This document shows, piece by piece, positions 1 to 10,450 of a stretch of 64,000 nucleotides of DNA (its first letter is position 1; every line of letters begins with the position of its first letter). A program made the position numbers and the translations under genes. The notes beneath the pieces were generated by a model, which saw only the letters and a program-made list of their open reading frames with translations, searched no databases and was not told the origin of the DNA. The stretch lies in assembly GCA_024278335.1 (NCBI GenBank), contig JAJRTJ010000003.1, forward strand, positions 165,297-229,296, read 5' to 3'. This DNA is from an archaeon (GTDB lineage: Archaea > Nanobdellota > Nanobdellia > Pacearchaeales > GW2011-AR1).

Positions 1-25
1 AGAGGGATGGTGCTCGCTGGGTTGC

Positions 26-2476
26 TTAAAAATCTCCAAGAGTTGTTTGTTTTTTTCCTTCAATTAATTCTTTTGCATTTATTTTAAAAACCTGAAAAAT
101 ATTTTCTATTGCAGGAAGTATCTGCCTGTTAAGATAGTAGTCTATGTCATACTCTCCTTTTTCTTCTGGAAGTTTTACTTTATCTCTTATTAGTTTGGAT
201 TTTTTTCCTGGAGTTTCAGCAATATAATATTCAATTAAGTTTCCTTGGGTTATTGGGATTTTGAGCTCTTTCATTTTTTTTGCAGCAATAACATGCGGAC
301 CTTCTGCTTTATATTCTGCAAGAGGTTTTTTCAGCTGGGTTTTGATTATGAGTTCTTCTTTGCTTATTTTTCTCTGCTTGATTTTTTTTGCAATATCTTT
401 TACATATTCAAGTGCTTTTGTTTCATTCCCCTGCCTTAAAACTAATTGAATGACTTTATTCTGGGTTTCACGCGCAAGCTTGCACCAATCTCTTCTTACT
501 GTTTCAAAACCCCTGATTTTTAGTTTATTATTTTCTCCAAGCAAGGCATATTTTTTCTTTGCCCCCGTTGTTCCTGCTCTTGTTGTGACCCAAAGACCTC
601 GTTTAAAAAACCCTTCTAATTCCAGCTCCATTATTCCTGGAAGTGTTTTGTTTATTTTTTCTAAAAAATCACTGATTTGTTTTTTTGATTTATTTTGCAT
701 TAAAAATGCTATTGAATCTGTGTCAGAATAAATTGTTTTATATCCGTTTTTGTTTATTTTTGAAATTATTTGTTTTATAAAATCCCTGCTTATTGCAGTT
801 GCTGCTCCAGAAGCTTCAGGGCAATAATATCTTGCTCCAAAAAATCCCATGTATCCATAGCTTGAATTTGCCAAAAGCTTGTATGCATTGCTTCTTGCTT
901 TTTTTATTGCATTGGGATTTTTTTGAAGCTCTTTTTTGTATTTTTTTCTTTTTTCTATTATTTCTTCAAGCATTTTTGGAAAAAATCCCTTGTTTTTTGA
1001 AAAATAAATTTCCTTTCCTAAGACAACTGCTTTGTTTGAATTTTTCTCTTTTTTTTCAAGAAGTGTTGATTTAGACAAGTTAAATGTTACAATAATGCTC
1101 GGCCAGTAGCTTGTGAAGTCCCACATTGCAATATTTTCATAAAGTCCGGGTGTAGGCTCAAAAACAAAAGCCCCTTCATATTTTTCTCTGTTTCTTCTTT
1201 TTGAAATTTCGTCATGGTTTGGCCTTCGCTCCGGTATTTCATTGAACTTTTCAAGATTGTGAAGAATATATGATTCAACATTTTTTGACATTCCATTTCT
1301 TGAAATATCAAATATTGGCTCTTGGATTACATTTGAAAAACCAATAAAATCTGGCCAGAATTTTTCAAATAACTGATAAGTTAATACTGAATCATGAAGA
1401 TTGTATTCAAAGTATTTGTTCCAGTCTTTAATTTTCGAAGAATGCTGGAATTTAAATTGTTTTTTTGTGTCTCCGAGAAATTCTTTTGCCACTTCATTTA
1501 AAGAAAGTGTTTCAGACTGCATATACTGAGAGTAAGCAGTTTTTACAAATTTTAATAAATCAATGTGGACAATTCCATTTATTTTTCCAGTTAAGTTTAT
1601 TCCTCTTGAAAATTTTGGCTGGCTTTGGTCAATTCCTAAGGAAAGTTTTGTTTTATGAAATTCTGCTCTTGCTTTTAAATAAGGCAAGTCAAACCCATCT
1701 GAAAAATAGCCGACAAGAAAGTCAGGATTTGTTTTTTTTACATATTCACAGAACTTTTCTAAAAGTTCTGCTTCATCTTTTACTTCTTCTATATAATCTG
1801 CATGATTTTTTGTTTTTTTCCAGGTCAGGACTTTTTTGAAATTTTTTCCAACAAGAGAAATCATTAAAATTTCTCCTTCCCCTATTTTAAATTCATCTGT
1901 TTCTATGTCATAAGCAAGAATATTTGGTGAAAATTGTTTTTCTTTTATTGGATTAATCTCTTTTGCTTTAATGCATTGAGAAACATTTAAAGCCATGTCT
2001 ATTCCTCCAAATTCATGGGAATTGTTTAAAAGCTCTCCACTTACTTCATACCATTGCAGTGGGAGAAGCTGTTTTTCAATAATATAATGGGTTATAAATC
2101 CCAAGTCATATCCTCTTCTGTTTTCAATTTCTGGGAATTTTAAATTACTTGCAATCTCATGAAGGTCCTTGTAATTTGTTGCATAAATTTTAAGAGCCTT
2201 TACTTTTTTGCCTAAAAAATTCTTGTCTTTTATTTCTATTTTTTCTATTTTTGTTTTTCTTTGCTTTGAACTTATTGTTATTGTTTTTATTTTTCCAATT
2301 ATCTGATTTATTTTAGGTTGTTTTAAATTTTCTTTTAATATTGCCCAAAGATATGCAGGACAGGAATCAATAAGGCAGATTTTTTCTCCTTTTTCATTTC
2401 TACCAACTAATTTTGCATAGTTTTTGCCTTTCCAATCAAAATAATCATAATCAATTGGAATAAAAGATGTTTTCAT
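26..2476 (-). CDS. polB: Family B DNA polymerase (archaeal PolB)
   Basis: 816 aa ORF with exonuclease motif AYDIETD and polymerase motifs KLLANSSYGYMGF and YSDTDSIAF. Confidence 0.93.
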   Translation of the reverse strand: MKTSFIPIDYDYFDWKGKNYAKLVGRNEKGEKICLIDSCPAYLWAILKENLKQPKINQIIGKIKTITISSKQRKTKIEKIEIKDKNFLGKKVKALKIYATNYKDLHEIASNLKFPEIENRRGYDLGFITHYIIEKQLLPLQWYEVSGELLNNSHEFGGIDMALNVSQCIKAKEINPIKEKQFSPNILAYDIETDEFKIGEGEILMISLVGKNFKKVLTWKKTKNHADYIEEVKDEAELLEKFCEYVKKTNPDFLVGYFSDGFDLPYLKARAEFHKTKLSLGIDQSQPKFSRGINLTGKINGIVHIDLLKFVKTAYSQYMQSETLSLNEVAKEFLGDTKKQFKFQHSSKIKDWNKYFEYNLHDSVLTYQLFEKFWPDFIGFSNVIQEPIFDISRNGMSKNVESYILHNLEKFNEIPERRPNHDEISKRRNREKYEGAFVFEPTPGLYENIAMWDFTSYWPSIIVTFNLSKSTLLEKKEKNSNKAVVLGKEIYFSKNKGFFPKMLEEIIEKRKKYKKELQKNPNAIKKARSNAYKLLANSSYGYMGFFGARYYCPEASGAATAISRDFIKQIISKINKNGYKTIYSDTDSIAFLMQNKSKKQISDFLEKINKTLPGIMELELEGFFKRGLWVTTRAGTTGAKKKYALLGENNKLKIRGFETVRRDWCKLARETQNKVIQLVLRQGNETKALEYVKDIAKKIKQRKISKEELIIKTQLKKPLAEYKAEGPHVIAAKKMKELKIPITQGNLIEYYIAETPGKKSKLIRDKVKLPEEKGEYDIDYYLNRQILPAIENIFQVFKINAKELIEGKKQTTLGDF

Positions 2477-2536
2477 AATTTTTTATAGAAATTAGAGTTT
2501 AATAATTTTTATAAGTAAGGGTTTTTTAAAAAATAA

Positions 2537-2827
2537 ATGGAGAGAACAGATTTATTTGATAGTGAAGAACTAGAGCATTATCGTAATTCTTATTGCAGGG
2601 ATGGTCTTTCCAAAATATGTCCTCTTTTAAATATTGGGGGGAGTTTAGGATATGAGTTAAATAATTCTTCTAATTTTATTTGTAGTTTAGATGGGGAAAA
2701 ATATGATTCTCGAAGGGCTTGTCTAGAATTTAAAGAGAATTGCGGAAAATTTAAAGAATGTGAAAAAAATGGCACGCCTGCCCAAAAAGAGCAGATTCAA
2801 AGAGCAAAAGCCTTGGCAAGGAGTTAA
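2537..2827 (+). CDS. Hypothetical small Cys-containing protein
   Basis: 96 aa ORF with a TATA-like ttttataag about 30 nt upstream. No recognisable motif. Confidence 0.3.
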   Translation: MERTDLFDSEELEHYRNSYCRDGLSKICPLLNIGGSLGYELNNSSNFICSLDGEKYDSRRACLEFKENCGKFKECEKNGTPAQKEQIQRAKALARS

Positions 2828-2908
2828 AAATACAACATCTTGGGTAATTTGTAACTTTGAAGTAGTAAATATAGAAAAGTTTAAAAAGGATTGAGGGAGT
2901 TTTGTTTT

Positions 2909-3244
2909 ATGGAAAATTTAGATTACATTAATCCAGAGCAAGAACAAAGAAATGCAGAGCTTAGAGAAGCAGATGAGATTTATTTTGATAGATTGTATGG
3001 GATAGAAGAGGATTCTGGAGAAGAGCTTTCTAAACAGGTGTGGGAAGGAGAGCAAAAAGAACCAACTTCTGTTTGGGAGGATATTGGTTATGGGGGACAA
3101 GTTTCTTTGGAAAATCCAAAACCAACTGTTCATTTAGACAGCTTAGATCCATGTGCTTTGGCTAAATCTGCAAAAAGGTGTGAAAAAAGCACAGGTAAAA
3201 ATCCCCTTGATGAAATAAGAGGAATATTTGGCAAGAGTAGATAA
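2909..3244 (+). CDS. Hypothetical acidic protein
   Basis: ORF in the track from 2891. ATG at 2909 lies about 25 nt downstream of gtttaaaaagg. No recognisable motif. Confidence 0.3.
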   Translation: MENLDYINPEQEQRNAELREADEIYFDRLYGIEEDSGEELSKQVWEGEQKEPTSVWEDIGYGGQVSLENPKPTVHLDSLDPCALAKSAKRCEKSTGKNPLDEIRGIFGKSR

Positions 3245-3274
3245 TTATTTATAGAGTTTTTAATTTTAAATTAA

Positions 3275-4312
3275 ATGGGACTTTCAATAAAAGAGATTAT
3301 TCCAAGAAAAGAGATTGAAATTTCTCCTTTAAATGGGAAAATTGTTTGTGTTGATGCATTTAATGCACTTTATCAATTTCTTTCAACAATTCGACAGCCA
3401 GACGGAACTCCTTTAATGGATTCTCAAGGAAATATTACAAGCCATCTTTCTGGAATTTTTTATAGAAATATTAATTTAATGTCAGAAGGGATTAAGTTGG
3501 TTTATGTTTTTGATGGCAAGACTCCTGAGTTAAAAGGGAAAACTCATTTGAAGAGAGAGGGAGCGCGAGAGTTGGCAAGAGAGAAATATGAAACTGCAAA
3601 ACAAGATGAAGATATTGTTGCTATGAAAAGATATGGGAGTCAGTTAATTCGGCTTAATGAAACTATGATTAAAGAAAGCAAAGAATTGCTGGAGGCAATG
3701 GGAATCGCAGTTGTTCAAGCTCCTGCAGAGGGCGAAGCAGAAGCAGCTTTTTTATCCAAGAAAAACAAAGAAGTTGATGCAGTAGTAAGCCAGGATTATG
3801 ATAGTTTGTTATTTGGGGCTAAGAAGTTGATTAGAAATTTAACTCTTTCTCGGAGAAAAAAAACTATCTCTGGATATGTTGAGGTTAGGCCAGAAATTAT
3901 TGTTCTTGAAGATGTTTTAAAGGAATTAGAGATTAATCAAGAGCAGTTGATTTGTTTAGGGATTTTAGTTGGAACAGATTATAATCCTAAAGGGGTTTTG
4001 GGGATTGGACAGAAAAAAGCTTTACAACTTGTTAAGGAACATAAAACTCCTGAAAAGATTTTTGAAAGTGTTAAAGATAAGATTGAAACTCTTGATGAAG
4101 CCAGATTTGATTGGAAGGAGATTTTTGATTTGTTTGTAAATCATCCTGTTGAAGATGTTGAGTTTGATTTTAAGGAGATAGATGAAGAAAAAATAAAAGA
4201 GATTTTAGTTCAAGAGCATGAGTTTTCTGAAGAAAGAGTTGATAAGCAATTGGAAAAACTGAGGGTTTTAAGGGAAAAGAAAAAGCAGAAAGGATTGGGG
4301 GAGTGGTTTTAG
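3275..4312 (+). CDS. fen: Flap endonuclease 1
   Basis: N-terminal XPG-N pattern MGLSIKEIIPRKEI...VDAFNALYQFLSTIRQPDGTPLMDSQGNITSHLSGIFYR, followed by VYVFDG. C-terminal PCNA-interacting box QKGLGEWF sits directly before a TAG stop. Confidence 0.95.
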   Translation: MGLSIKEIIPRKEIEISPLNGKIVCVDAFNALYQFLSTIRQPDGTPLMDSQGNITSHLSGIFYRNINLMSEGIKLVYVFDGKTPELKGKTHLKREGARELAREKYETAKQDEDIVAMKRYGSQLIRLNETMIKESKELLEAMGIAVVQAPAEGEAEAAFLSKKNKEVDAVVSQDYDSLLFGAKKLIRNLTLSRRKKTISGYVEVRPEIIVLEDVLKELEINQEQLICLGILVGTDYNPKGVLGIGQKKALQLVKEHKTPEKIFESVKDKIETLDEARFDWKEIFDLFVNHPVEDVEFDFKEIDEEKIKEILVQEHEFSEERVDKQLEKLRVLREKKKQKGLGEWF

Positions 4313-4471
4313 GGGATTTGGGAGAAGTTGGTTTTGAGTGCAATAATGTTTAGGGAAAGAGGGGCTTATTCTGAGAAGATAAGTTAAATTAAAAACTTTT
4401 TACTAATTTCCTTCTTTTTAAAGCTGAGAAGTGTTGAGATAATTTTCTTAACCATGTCTTAAATTTATTAT

Positions 4472-5293
4472 CTATTCCTTTTTTAAATCTCCTGTTTTTT
4501 CTAATAACAACTCTAAAGCCATTTTCCAGTTCTTAGTCCTAATAGCATCTCCTTCTTTTTGTGCCTTGTCCAACCCGTCAGAATAAGACGATTCGCCGGA
4601 ATAAAGTTCTGAAGGGTCATCAACAGGGTAATGGTTAACAGCATTATAATATCCTTCAATGAATTGAGGGTTGGATTTTAAGTTTACTGCGAATAAGTCT
4701 TCTAAGTCTCTTTCATCAAATATCATTACTTCCATTTCATTTATCTTGATGATTGTTTCTTGAGCATCTCTTAAATCAAAGGTGGCTGCAAGAGGAGAGC
4801 TATGATGATTCATATCTGTTAGAATGGCAAATTTAGGAACTCCTAATCGAGAAGCTGTAAAAGCCAGCTCATATCCCAATACTGCTTCCATATAAGTATC
4901 TCTGCATGCAGGATTACCATAATCTCCTAAGGGAAACATTAAATCACTTAAAACAACATCAAAACGAGAGGTGTCCATTTCTTTAAAACTATAATAATCC
5001 TCAAATTCTCCATCAGTTAACTTTCCTAATGCTTCTCCGAAATCTTGTGCAATTGAAATATCGTGTCCCATTTCTCTTAATTGATATGCTGAAAATAAAT
5101 TTCTTGCATTATCATCAACTAAAAGTATTTTTAATCTATCTTGCCGAGGTCTATTTGTGCCACCATCTTTCCGATACTTAAACTCATTCAAGAAAGTATT
5201 CAATAGTGTTTCCAGTTTTAATCGATTTTCTCTGGATTCTCCTTCATATTTGTTTTCCATTTTATAAGGGTAAATTAGAAGATATATAAACAT
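4472..5293 (-). CDS. CheY-like receiver-domain protein (orphan) with an uncharacterised C-terminal extension
   Basis: KILLVDDN acidic pair, DVVLSDLMFP candidate phospho-acceptor Asp, then AILTD. No histidine kinase in the window. Confidence 0.45.
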   Translation of the reverse strand: MFIYLLIYPYKMENKYEGESRENRLKLETLLNTFLNEFKYRKDGGTNRPRQDRLKILLVDDNARNLFSAYQLREMGHDISIAQDFGEALGKLTDGEFEDYYSFKEMDTSRFDVVLSDLMFPLGDYGNPACRDTYMEAVLGYELAFTASRLGVPKFAILTDMNHHSSPLAATFDLRDAQETIIKINEMEVMIFDERDLEDLFAVNLKSNPQFIEGYYNAVNHYPVDDPSELYSGESSYSDGLDKAQKEGDAIRTKNWKMALELLLEKTGDLKKE

Positions 5294-5318
5294 TTGTGGT
5301 ATTGGAAGATACCATAAG

Positions 5319-5326
5319 ATTTAAAT
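5319..5326. promoter_or_regulatory. Palindromic TATA-like box ATTTAAAT shared by divergent genes
   Basis: Centre lies about 28 nt from ATG 5350 (+) and about 29 nt from ATG 5293 (-). Confidence 0.4.
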
Positions 5327-5349
5327 ATTAAAGCATCCTTAATATTGAT

Positions 5350-6114
5350 ATGGACTTAAAAAACCTCAAGGAATTGGGATTAAGCGAAGGGCAGATTAAT
5401 GTCTATTCTGCTGTTTTAGAACTCGGAATATCCAGTTTAAATAAAATACAGGAAAAAACAGGTATTGAAAGAAGAAATATCTATGATATTTTAAACAAAT
5501 TAATAGAAAAAGGACTGATTAGTTATACTATTGAAAAAGGGAAAAGAACATATCAATGCACACACCCAAACAAGATATTAGAAGAAATTAAAACAAAACA
5601 GGCATTATTAGAAGAACTGGAAAAAGAAATCCCTAAAATTAAAAATTTATTTGAACTTTCAAGGCCGGATATAAGAGCAGAGATTTACAGAGGAAACGAA
5701 TCTATTAAATCTCTGTTTAATGAGATTTTAGAATATAAGAAATCTTTTTGGCTTGGAGGGAATAGTTTTGAGGAATACAAAGCTGTTCCAAAGAGCTTAC
5801 AAATCTGGTTTCAGCATTGGATGAAAAAAAGAGCTGAAAAAAAACACATGATGTATGATTTGGTTGATTATGGAACATGGTTAAAAGGATTAGAACCAAA
5901 TAAAACAAAAAAACATAAAAAAATGTATTATAAATACTGCCAGCTTCCAAAAGACTTGCGTTCTCCAATGGTTGTTATTATATTCGGGAATAAAGTTGCT
6001 CAAATTCTTTGGGGAGAACAGTCATTTGCATTTGTTCTTGAGTCAGAAAAGATTAAAGAGAGTTTTATGAAATATTTTAATCATTTTTGGAAAGGCAAAA
6101 AAATTGAAGGGTAA
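5350..6114 (+). CDS. TrmB-family transcriptional regulator
   Basis: N-terminal winged HTH LGLSEGQINVYSAVLELGISSLNKIQEKTGIERRNIYDILNKLIEKGLISY, typical of TrmB. Confidence 0.7.
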   Translation: MDLKNLKELGLSEGQINVYSAVLELGISSLNKIQEKTGIERRNIYDILNKLIEKGLISYTIEKGKRTYQCTHPNKILEEIKTKQALLEELEKEIPKIKNLFELSRPDIRAEIYRGNESIKSLFNEILEYKKSFWLGGNSFEEYKAVPKSLQIWFQHWMKKRAEKKHMMYDLVDYGTWLKGLEPNKTKKHKKMYYKYCQLPKDLRSPMVVIIFGNKVAQILWGEQSFAFVLESEKIKESFMKYFNHFWKGKKIEG

Positions 6115-6145
6115 TCTTTAATAATCCTAAGCTTTTATTTTTTGA

Positions 6146-8899
6146 ATGGTGAAAAAAGAGATTTTATTGTTTATGCTTGTGTTTTTGATTAGCATTCCTT
6201 TTCTTTATTCTCAGGGAGTTTATTTTCGGCAAGTCCATACTTCTCTGGGCACAAGTGATGCAGAAACTTTGAAAGGAGATGTTTGGGTTATTATTGAATT
6301 GGATGAAGGGTCTCCTTCTTTGTTTAAAAAAGTGAAAACTATTTTTACTGGAAAGGGCGAGGGAGAGGATGTTTTAAGAAATAATTCTGCTTATAATTTT
6401 AGCAAGAATAAGTTTGCAAAAATTGTTAGTCATGAGGAGTTGGAAAAAATCAAAAAAAATCCTGCTGTTGAATCTGTTGAAGTGCATGGGTTTAAAAGGC
6501 TTTTTTTAGATGAATCTGTTCCAGTTGTTAATGCAACAGATGTTTGGAATATCTCTATTGATGGAATTTTTTTAGACGGTTCTGGAGAGACAGTTTGTAT
6601 TTTAGATTCTGGAGTTGATTTTTCTCACGATGATTTGCTGAATAAAAATCTTACTGGAGTAATTGATTGTATTGGAGGGAGCTGTGCTGAAAATGGGACT
6701 TTAGGAGACGGCAATGGACATGGAACTCATGTTGCAGGAATTGTTGGGGCAAATGGAACAAAAAAAGGCGTTGCTCCGGGGGTAAACTTAATCGGGCTTA
6801 AGGTCTGCACTGATGCAGGAGTTTGTCCAGATAATGCAATTTTGGCAGGAATGGAATGGTGCATTAATAATTCTGCAACATATAATATTTCTGTGATAAG
6901 CATGAGTTTAGGAAGCGATACTCTTTATGAATCTTATTGCGATTCAGTGGATTCAAGTTATACAAATCTTGTAAATCTTGCAGTCGGAGATAATATTTCT
7001 GTGATTGTAGCAACTGGAAATGATGCAAATTTTACAGCAATTTCTTCTCCTGCATGCATTGAAAATTCTACTGCAGTTGGAATGACGTATGATGGAGATA
7101 ATGGGGGATTGATTTGGGGAGGGGGCTTGTGCACGGATTCTTCTTCTACAAAAGACCAAATTGTTTGTGCTTCAAATAGAAATAATTTAACTGATTTAAT
7201 GGCTCCAGGAGCTTTAATTACTTCAACCTATCCTGGCAATACCTATGCTGAAAAAGGAGGAACTTCAATGGCTACACCCCATGTCTCTGGGGCATTTGCT
7301 ATTTTAAATGAATTTAAGAGATTAGAAGGAAAAGATACTACGCCTGCTTTGATTCAAAATGCTTTATTAGTTACTGGGAAAAATATTTCAGACGATGATT
7401 CTGTTAAGAATTATCCCCGGATTGATGTGAAGGCAGCGATTTTGTTTTTAGATGAATCCCCCCCTGCAGTGAATTTAAGTTTTCCTAAAAATAATCTTGT
7501 AAATCTTTCCCAGAATTTTAGTTTTTCTTGTAATGCTACAGAATTGTTGCAACCCCAGAATTTGACTCTTGTTATTTGGAACGCTTCTTCTAGCGAAGTT
7601 GTTTATAATTCAACAGATTCAAACATTCAAGCAAATTATACCTTGAATAGAAATGTAAGTTTGATAAATGAAAATTATGAATGGAATTGCCTTTCTTCTG
7701 ATATTAATGGAAATTCTGCTTTTGCTGTTTCTAATTTTTCCTTAGTTGTGCAGGAGATTTACACTACCTTGGATTCTCCAGCTGATTCTGATTATACTAA
7801 TTCAACTGAATTAAATTTTACATGCAGTTCAGAAGTTACTAACGGAGTTTTTGAAAATGTGACTTTTTATTTATGGAATTCTACTGGAGATTTAATTTAC
7901 AGCAAAGTTGTTAATATATCTGGAACAAGCAACTCTACTTTGTTTAATTATACTATTTCAGACGAGTTCACTTATTCTTGGAACTGTTTGTTTAATTCAA
8001 ATTCTTCAAATACTTTTGCTTCTTCTAATTTTAGTTTTAGTTTAGATGCTACTGCTCCTGTTGTTCTTTTGAATTCTCCTGCTAATGGATACAGCAATAC
8101 TGGAACTACTGAAGTGGTTTTTTCATATAATGTATCTGAAGCAAATCCTGCTAATTGTAGTTTGATTATTGGAGGGTCAATTGACCAGACAAACAGCTCT
8201 GCAGTAAGCACTTCTGAAGCAAATTCCTTTACAAAAAGCTTGTCTGCTGGAACTTATACCTGGAGAATCCGGTGTTTGGATTTGGCAGGAAATAGCCAAA
8301 GTTCTTCCTCTCGTTCTATTACAATTAATTCCGCATCTTCTTCTGGAGGGAGTTCTGGGGGAGGGGGTGGAGGAGGAAGTAGTGCAAGTGCCTTAACAAC
8401 CATTACAGAGCAAGAGTTAAAGCAAGGAGTATTAAAAACAATTAATAAAGGAGGAAAAATAAAGTTTTCTTTAAATCAAGAAGAACATTCCCTGGAATTA
8501 ACTTCCATTAATAATAAATTTGTAATTGTTACTATTTCAAGCAATCCGCAGACACTTTATATTTTTCCAAACCAATCGAGAAAAGCAGATCTTAATGCAG
8601 ATGGCTTTTATGACCTTGAGGTTAGTCTCTTGAGTCTCTCCTTTTCAAGTGCACAAATTAAGATAAAAGAAATTTATGAAAAAATTCCTGTAAAGAGGTT
8701 GTTTAATAATGAATCTGCAAAGAATGGGGGAGATTTTGGAGAAGAACCAAAGGCTATAAAAGATGAAGATAAAAGAAGGGTGGCTTTTAGTGGGGCTATT
8801 GTTGCTTTTGCATTTGTGATTGTTGTCAGTTCAGTAATTATTGTGGTCGTCTCTTATTTTAGGAAGAAAAAGAAAAAATCTAAGAAAAGAAAAAAATGA
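6146..8899 (+). CDS. Secreted, membrane-anchored subtilisin-like serine protease (S8) with Ig-like repeats
   Basis: Signal peptide. Catalytic triad contexts ILDSGVD, HGTHVAG and GTSMATPHVSG. Many N-x-S/T sequons, a Ser/Gly linker (SSGGSSGGGGGGGSS), a C-terminal TM helix and a Lys-rich tail. Confidence 0.85.
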   Translation: MVKKEILLFMLVFLISIPFLYSQGVYFRQVHTSLGTSDAETLKGDVWVIIELDEGSPSLFKKVKTIFTGKGEGEDVLRNNSAYNFSKNKFAKIVSHEELEKIKKNPAVESVEVHGFKRLFLDESVPVVNATDVWNISIDGIFLDGSGETVCILDSGVDFSHDDLLNKNLTGVIDCIGGSCAENGTLGDGNGHGTHVAGIVGANGTKKGVAPGVNLIGLKVCTDAGVCPDNAILAGMEWCINNSATYNISVISMSLGSDTLYESYCDSVDSSYTNLVNLAVGDNISVIVATGNDANFTAISSPACIENSTAVGMTYDGDNGGLIWGGGLCTDSSSTKDQIVCASNRNNLTDLMAPGALITSTYPGNTYAEKGGTSMATPHVSGAFAILNEFKRLEGKDTTPALIQNALLVTGKNISDDDSVKNYPRIDVKAAILFLDESPPAVNLSFPKNNLVNLSQNFSFSCNATELLQPQNLTLVIWNASSSEVVYNSTDSNIQANYTLNRNVSLINENYEWNCLSSDINGNSAFAVSNFSLVVQEIYTTLDSPADSDYTNSTELNFTCSSEVTNGVFENVTFYLWNSTGDLIYSKVVNISGTSNSTLFNYTISDEFTYSWNCLFNSNSSNTFASSNFSFSLDATAPVVLLNSPANGYSNTGTTEVVFSYNVSEANPANCSLIIGGSIDQTNSSAVSTSEANSFTKSLSAGTYTWRIRCLDLAGNSQSSSSRSITINSASSSGGSSGGGGGGGSSASALTTITEQELKQGVLKTINKGGKIKFSLNQEEHSLELTSINNKFVIVTISSNPQTLYIFPNQSRKADLNADGFYDLEVSLLSLSFSSAQIKIKEIYEKIPVKRLFNNESAKNGGDFGEEPKAIKDEDKRRVAFSGAIVAFAFVIVVSSVIIVVVSYFRKKKKKSKKRKK

Positions 8900-9199
8900 T
8901 TATTCTCTTCTATATTCAATAATTTTTCCGTTTTTTCTTACTGGAATGTCTTCTCCTTTTAAGGGGTAGTTTTTGTTTTTTCCAGTTGCAATGAAAATCA
9001 CTCCAAAGATTATTAAAATTATGCTAGCTATTAAAAGACTTTTTCCTTCTAATGGGAGACTTAATTGTAAAGCTTCTTTTATTTTTGGAATATTGGAAAT
9101 AGCTAGTCCCAAAATTCCTATTATTGACAAGAGATATCCAATAATCCTTTTTACCATCTTCTTAAAACTATGTTTTTTAAGTTTAAAATCTTTTTGCAA
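8900..9199 (-). CDS. Small two-TM membrane protein
   Basis: 99 aa ORF with two hydrophobic helices. No motif. Confidence 0.35.
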   Translation of the reverse strand: MQKDFKLKKHSFKKMVKRIIGYLLSIIGILGLAISNIPKIKEALQLSLPLEGKSLLIASIILIIFGVIFIATGKNKNYPLKGEDIPVRKNGKIIEYRRE

Positions 9200-9231
9200 A
9201 GGCTTTTAAGGTTTTATGATTATTATTTTTT

Positions 9232-10056
9232 ATGAAACAAATCAAACCAAAGGTTTTCACTACTTCGTCTTTAATTAAGCCAAAGCAAAGAGCTTTTGAT
9301 TTTTTTGGCAATGTTGTTTTAGTAAAATTTTCTAAAGATTTTAAGAAACAGGACAAAATAAAGTTTGCTAAAAAATTGTTAAAGCAAAATCCTGCAATTA
9401 AAACTGTTTTAGAAAAGGCAGAAAAGTTTTCAGGGAGGTTAAGAAAACTTAAGACAAGACACCTTGCTGGAGAAAAAACAAAGGAGGTTTTGTATAAGGA
9501 GAATGGATGTGTTTTTCGTTTTAATATTGATGAAAGTTATTTTTCTCCAAGGCTGAGTAATGAGAGAAAAGAGATTGCAAGTAAGATAAAAAGGAAGGAT
9601 TCTGTTTTGGTTATGTTTGCAGGTGTTGCCCCTTTTCCAATAGTTATTGCAAAATTTGCTACTCCAAAAAAAGTTGTTTCTAATGAGATAAATCGGAAAG
9701 CAAATGAATATGCAAAATTGAATTTAGATTTAAATAAATTGAAAGACCGGGTAGAACTTGTTCCTGGAGACATTAAACGCGTGGCGAAAAAGTTAAAGGA
9801 AAGATTTGATGTGGTTGTTATGCCTCGGCCTCAGTTAAAAGATAGTTTTTTGGAACAGGCTTTTGCTTTAAGCAAAAAAGGGACGAGAATTTTTTATTAT
9901 GATTTTTGTAAGATTGATGAAATTGCTAAGGTTGTAGAAAAAATAAAAGAGGAAGCAAAGAGAGCTAAGAAAAAAATTAAGATATTAAAGAAAAAACCTG
10001 CTGGAGAATTAGCTCCTTATAAAATCAGGCTGAGAATTGATTTTAAGGTTCTGTAA
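9232..10056 (+). CDS. trm5: tRNA (guanine37-N1)-methyltransferase, Trm5/Taw22-like
   Basis: SAM motif VLVMFAGVAPFPIVIAK, then SNEINRKANEYAKLNLDLNKL and FDVVVMPRP, matching the Met-10+/Trm5 pattern. Confidence 0.7.
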   Translation: MKQIKPKVFTTSSLIKPKQRAFDFFGNVVLVKFSKDFKKQDKIKFAKKLLKQNPAIKTVLEKAEKFSGRLRKLKTRHLAGEKTKEVLYKENGCVFRFNIDESYFSPRLSNERKEIASKIKRKDSVLVMFAGVAPFPIVIAKFATPKKVVSNEINRKANEYAKLNLDLNKLKDRVELVPGDIKRVAKKLKERFDVVVMPRPQLKDSFLEQAFALSKKGTRIFYYDFCKIDEIAKVVEKIKEEAKRAKKKIKILKKKPAGELAPYKIRLRIDFKVL

Positions 10057-10450
10057 TGGAGTTTTTTGGAAATCTTAAAACATCTTTAACCAGGATATCT
10101 TGACTTTTTTCTATGGAAATTTGAATTTTCCCGTTAGGATAGAGGATTACAAGTGAACCCTCTTTTTTGAATCGATATCCTAAATTATCTGAATCAGAAA
10201 GATCGTATCCTGCTTCAAAATAATTTTGTTGTTCTAAGAAAATTATTCTTTCTCTTAGGTCTGGAATTTCTTCCAGTTTCCTTTGAAGAGAAGGTTTTGG
10301 TTCCTTTTGATTAATTCTACAAGCTGTTGCATAAGCTCTTGCTTCTTCTGGAGGTGTTGAATATGGGTGCAGGGAATCTCTCAGATTTATCATAAAGGAA
10401 TATTTGGCTTTTGATTTATAAATTTTGTTATATTTCTCTTTCTGGTTCAA
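10043..10450 (-). CDS. Hypothetical protein co-oriented with and overlapping the HerA-like ATPase 3' end
   Basis: 135 aa ORF with a 23-nt overlap with the upstream ATPase ORF. No motif. Confidence 0.35.
   Translation of the reverse strand: MNQKEKYNKIYKSKAKYSFMINLRDSLHPYSTPPEEARAYATACRINQKEPKPSLQRKLEEIPDLRERIIFLEQQNYFEAGYDLSDSDNLGYRFKKEGSLVILYPNGKIQISIEKSQDILVKDVLRFPKNSITEP

Noticed and set aside
245-2000. Many short ORFs in the track antisense to or overlapping long conserved genes (for example 245-439, 450-731, 793-1074, 1465-1839 inside polB, and similar ones inside pheT, ppsA, thrS and the giant ORF)
   Set aside because: Their translations are low-complexity and Phe/Leu/Ile-rich, as expected from the opposite strand of AT-rich coding DNA. 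They lie wholly inside well-supported genes.
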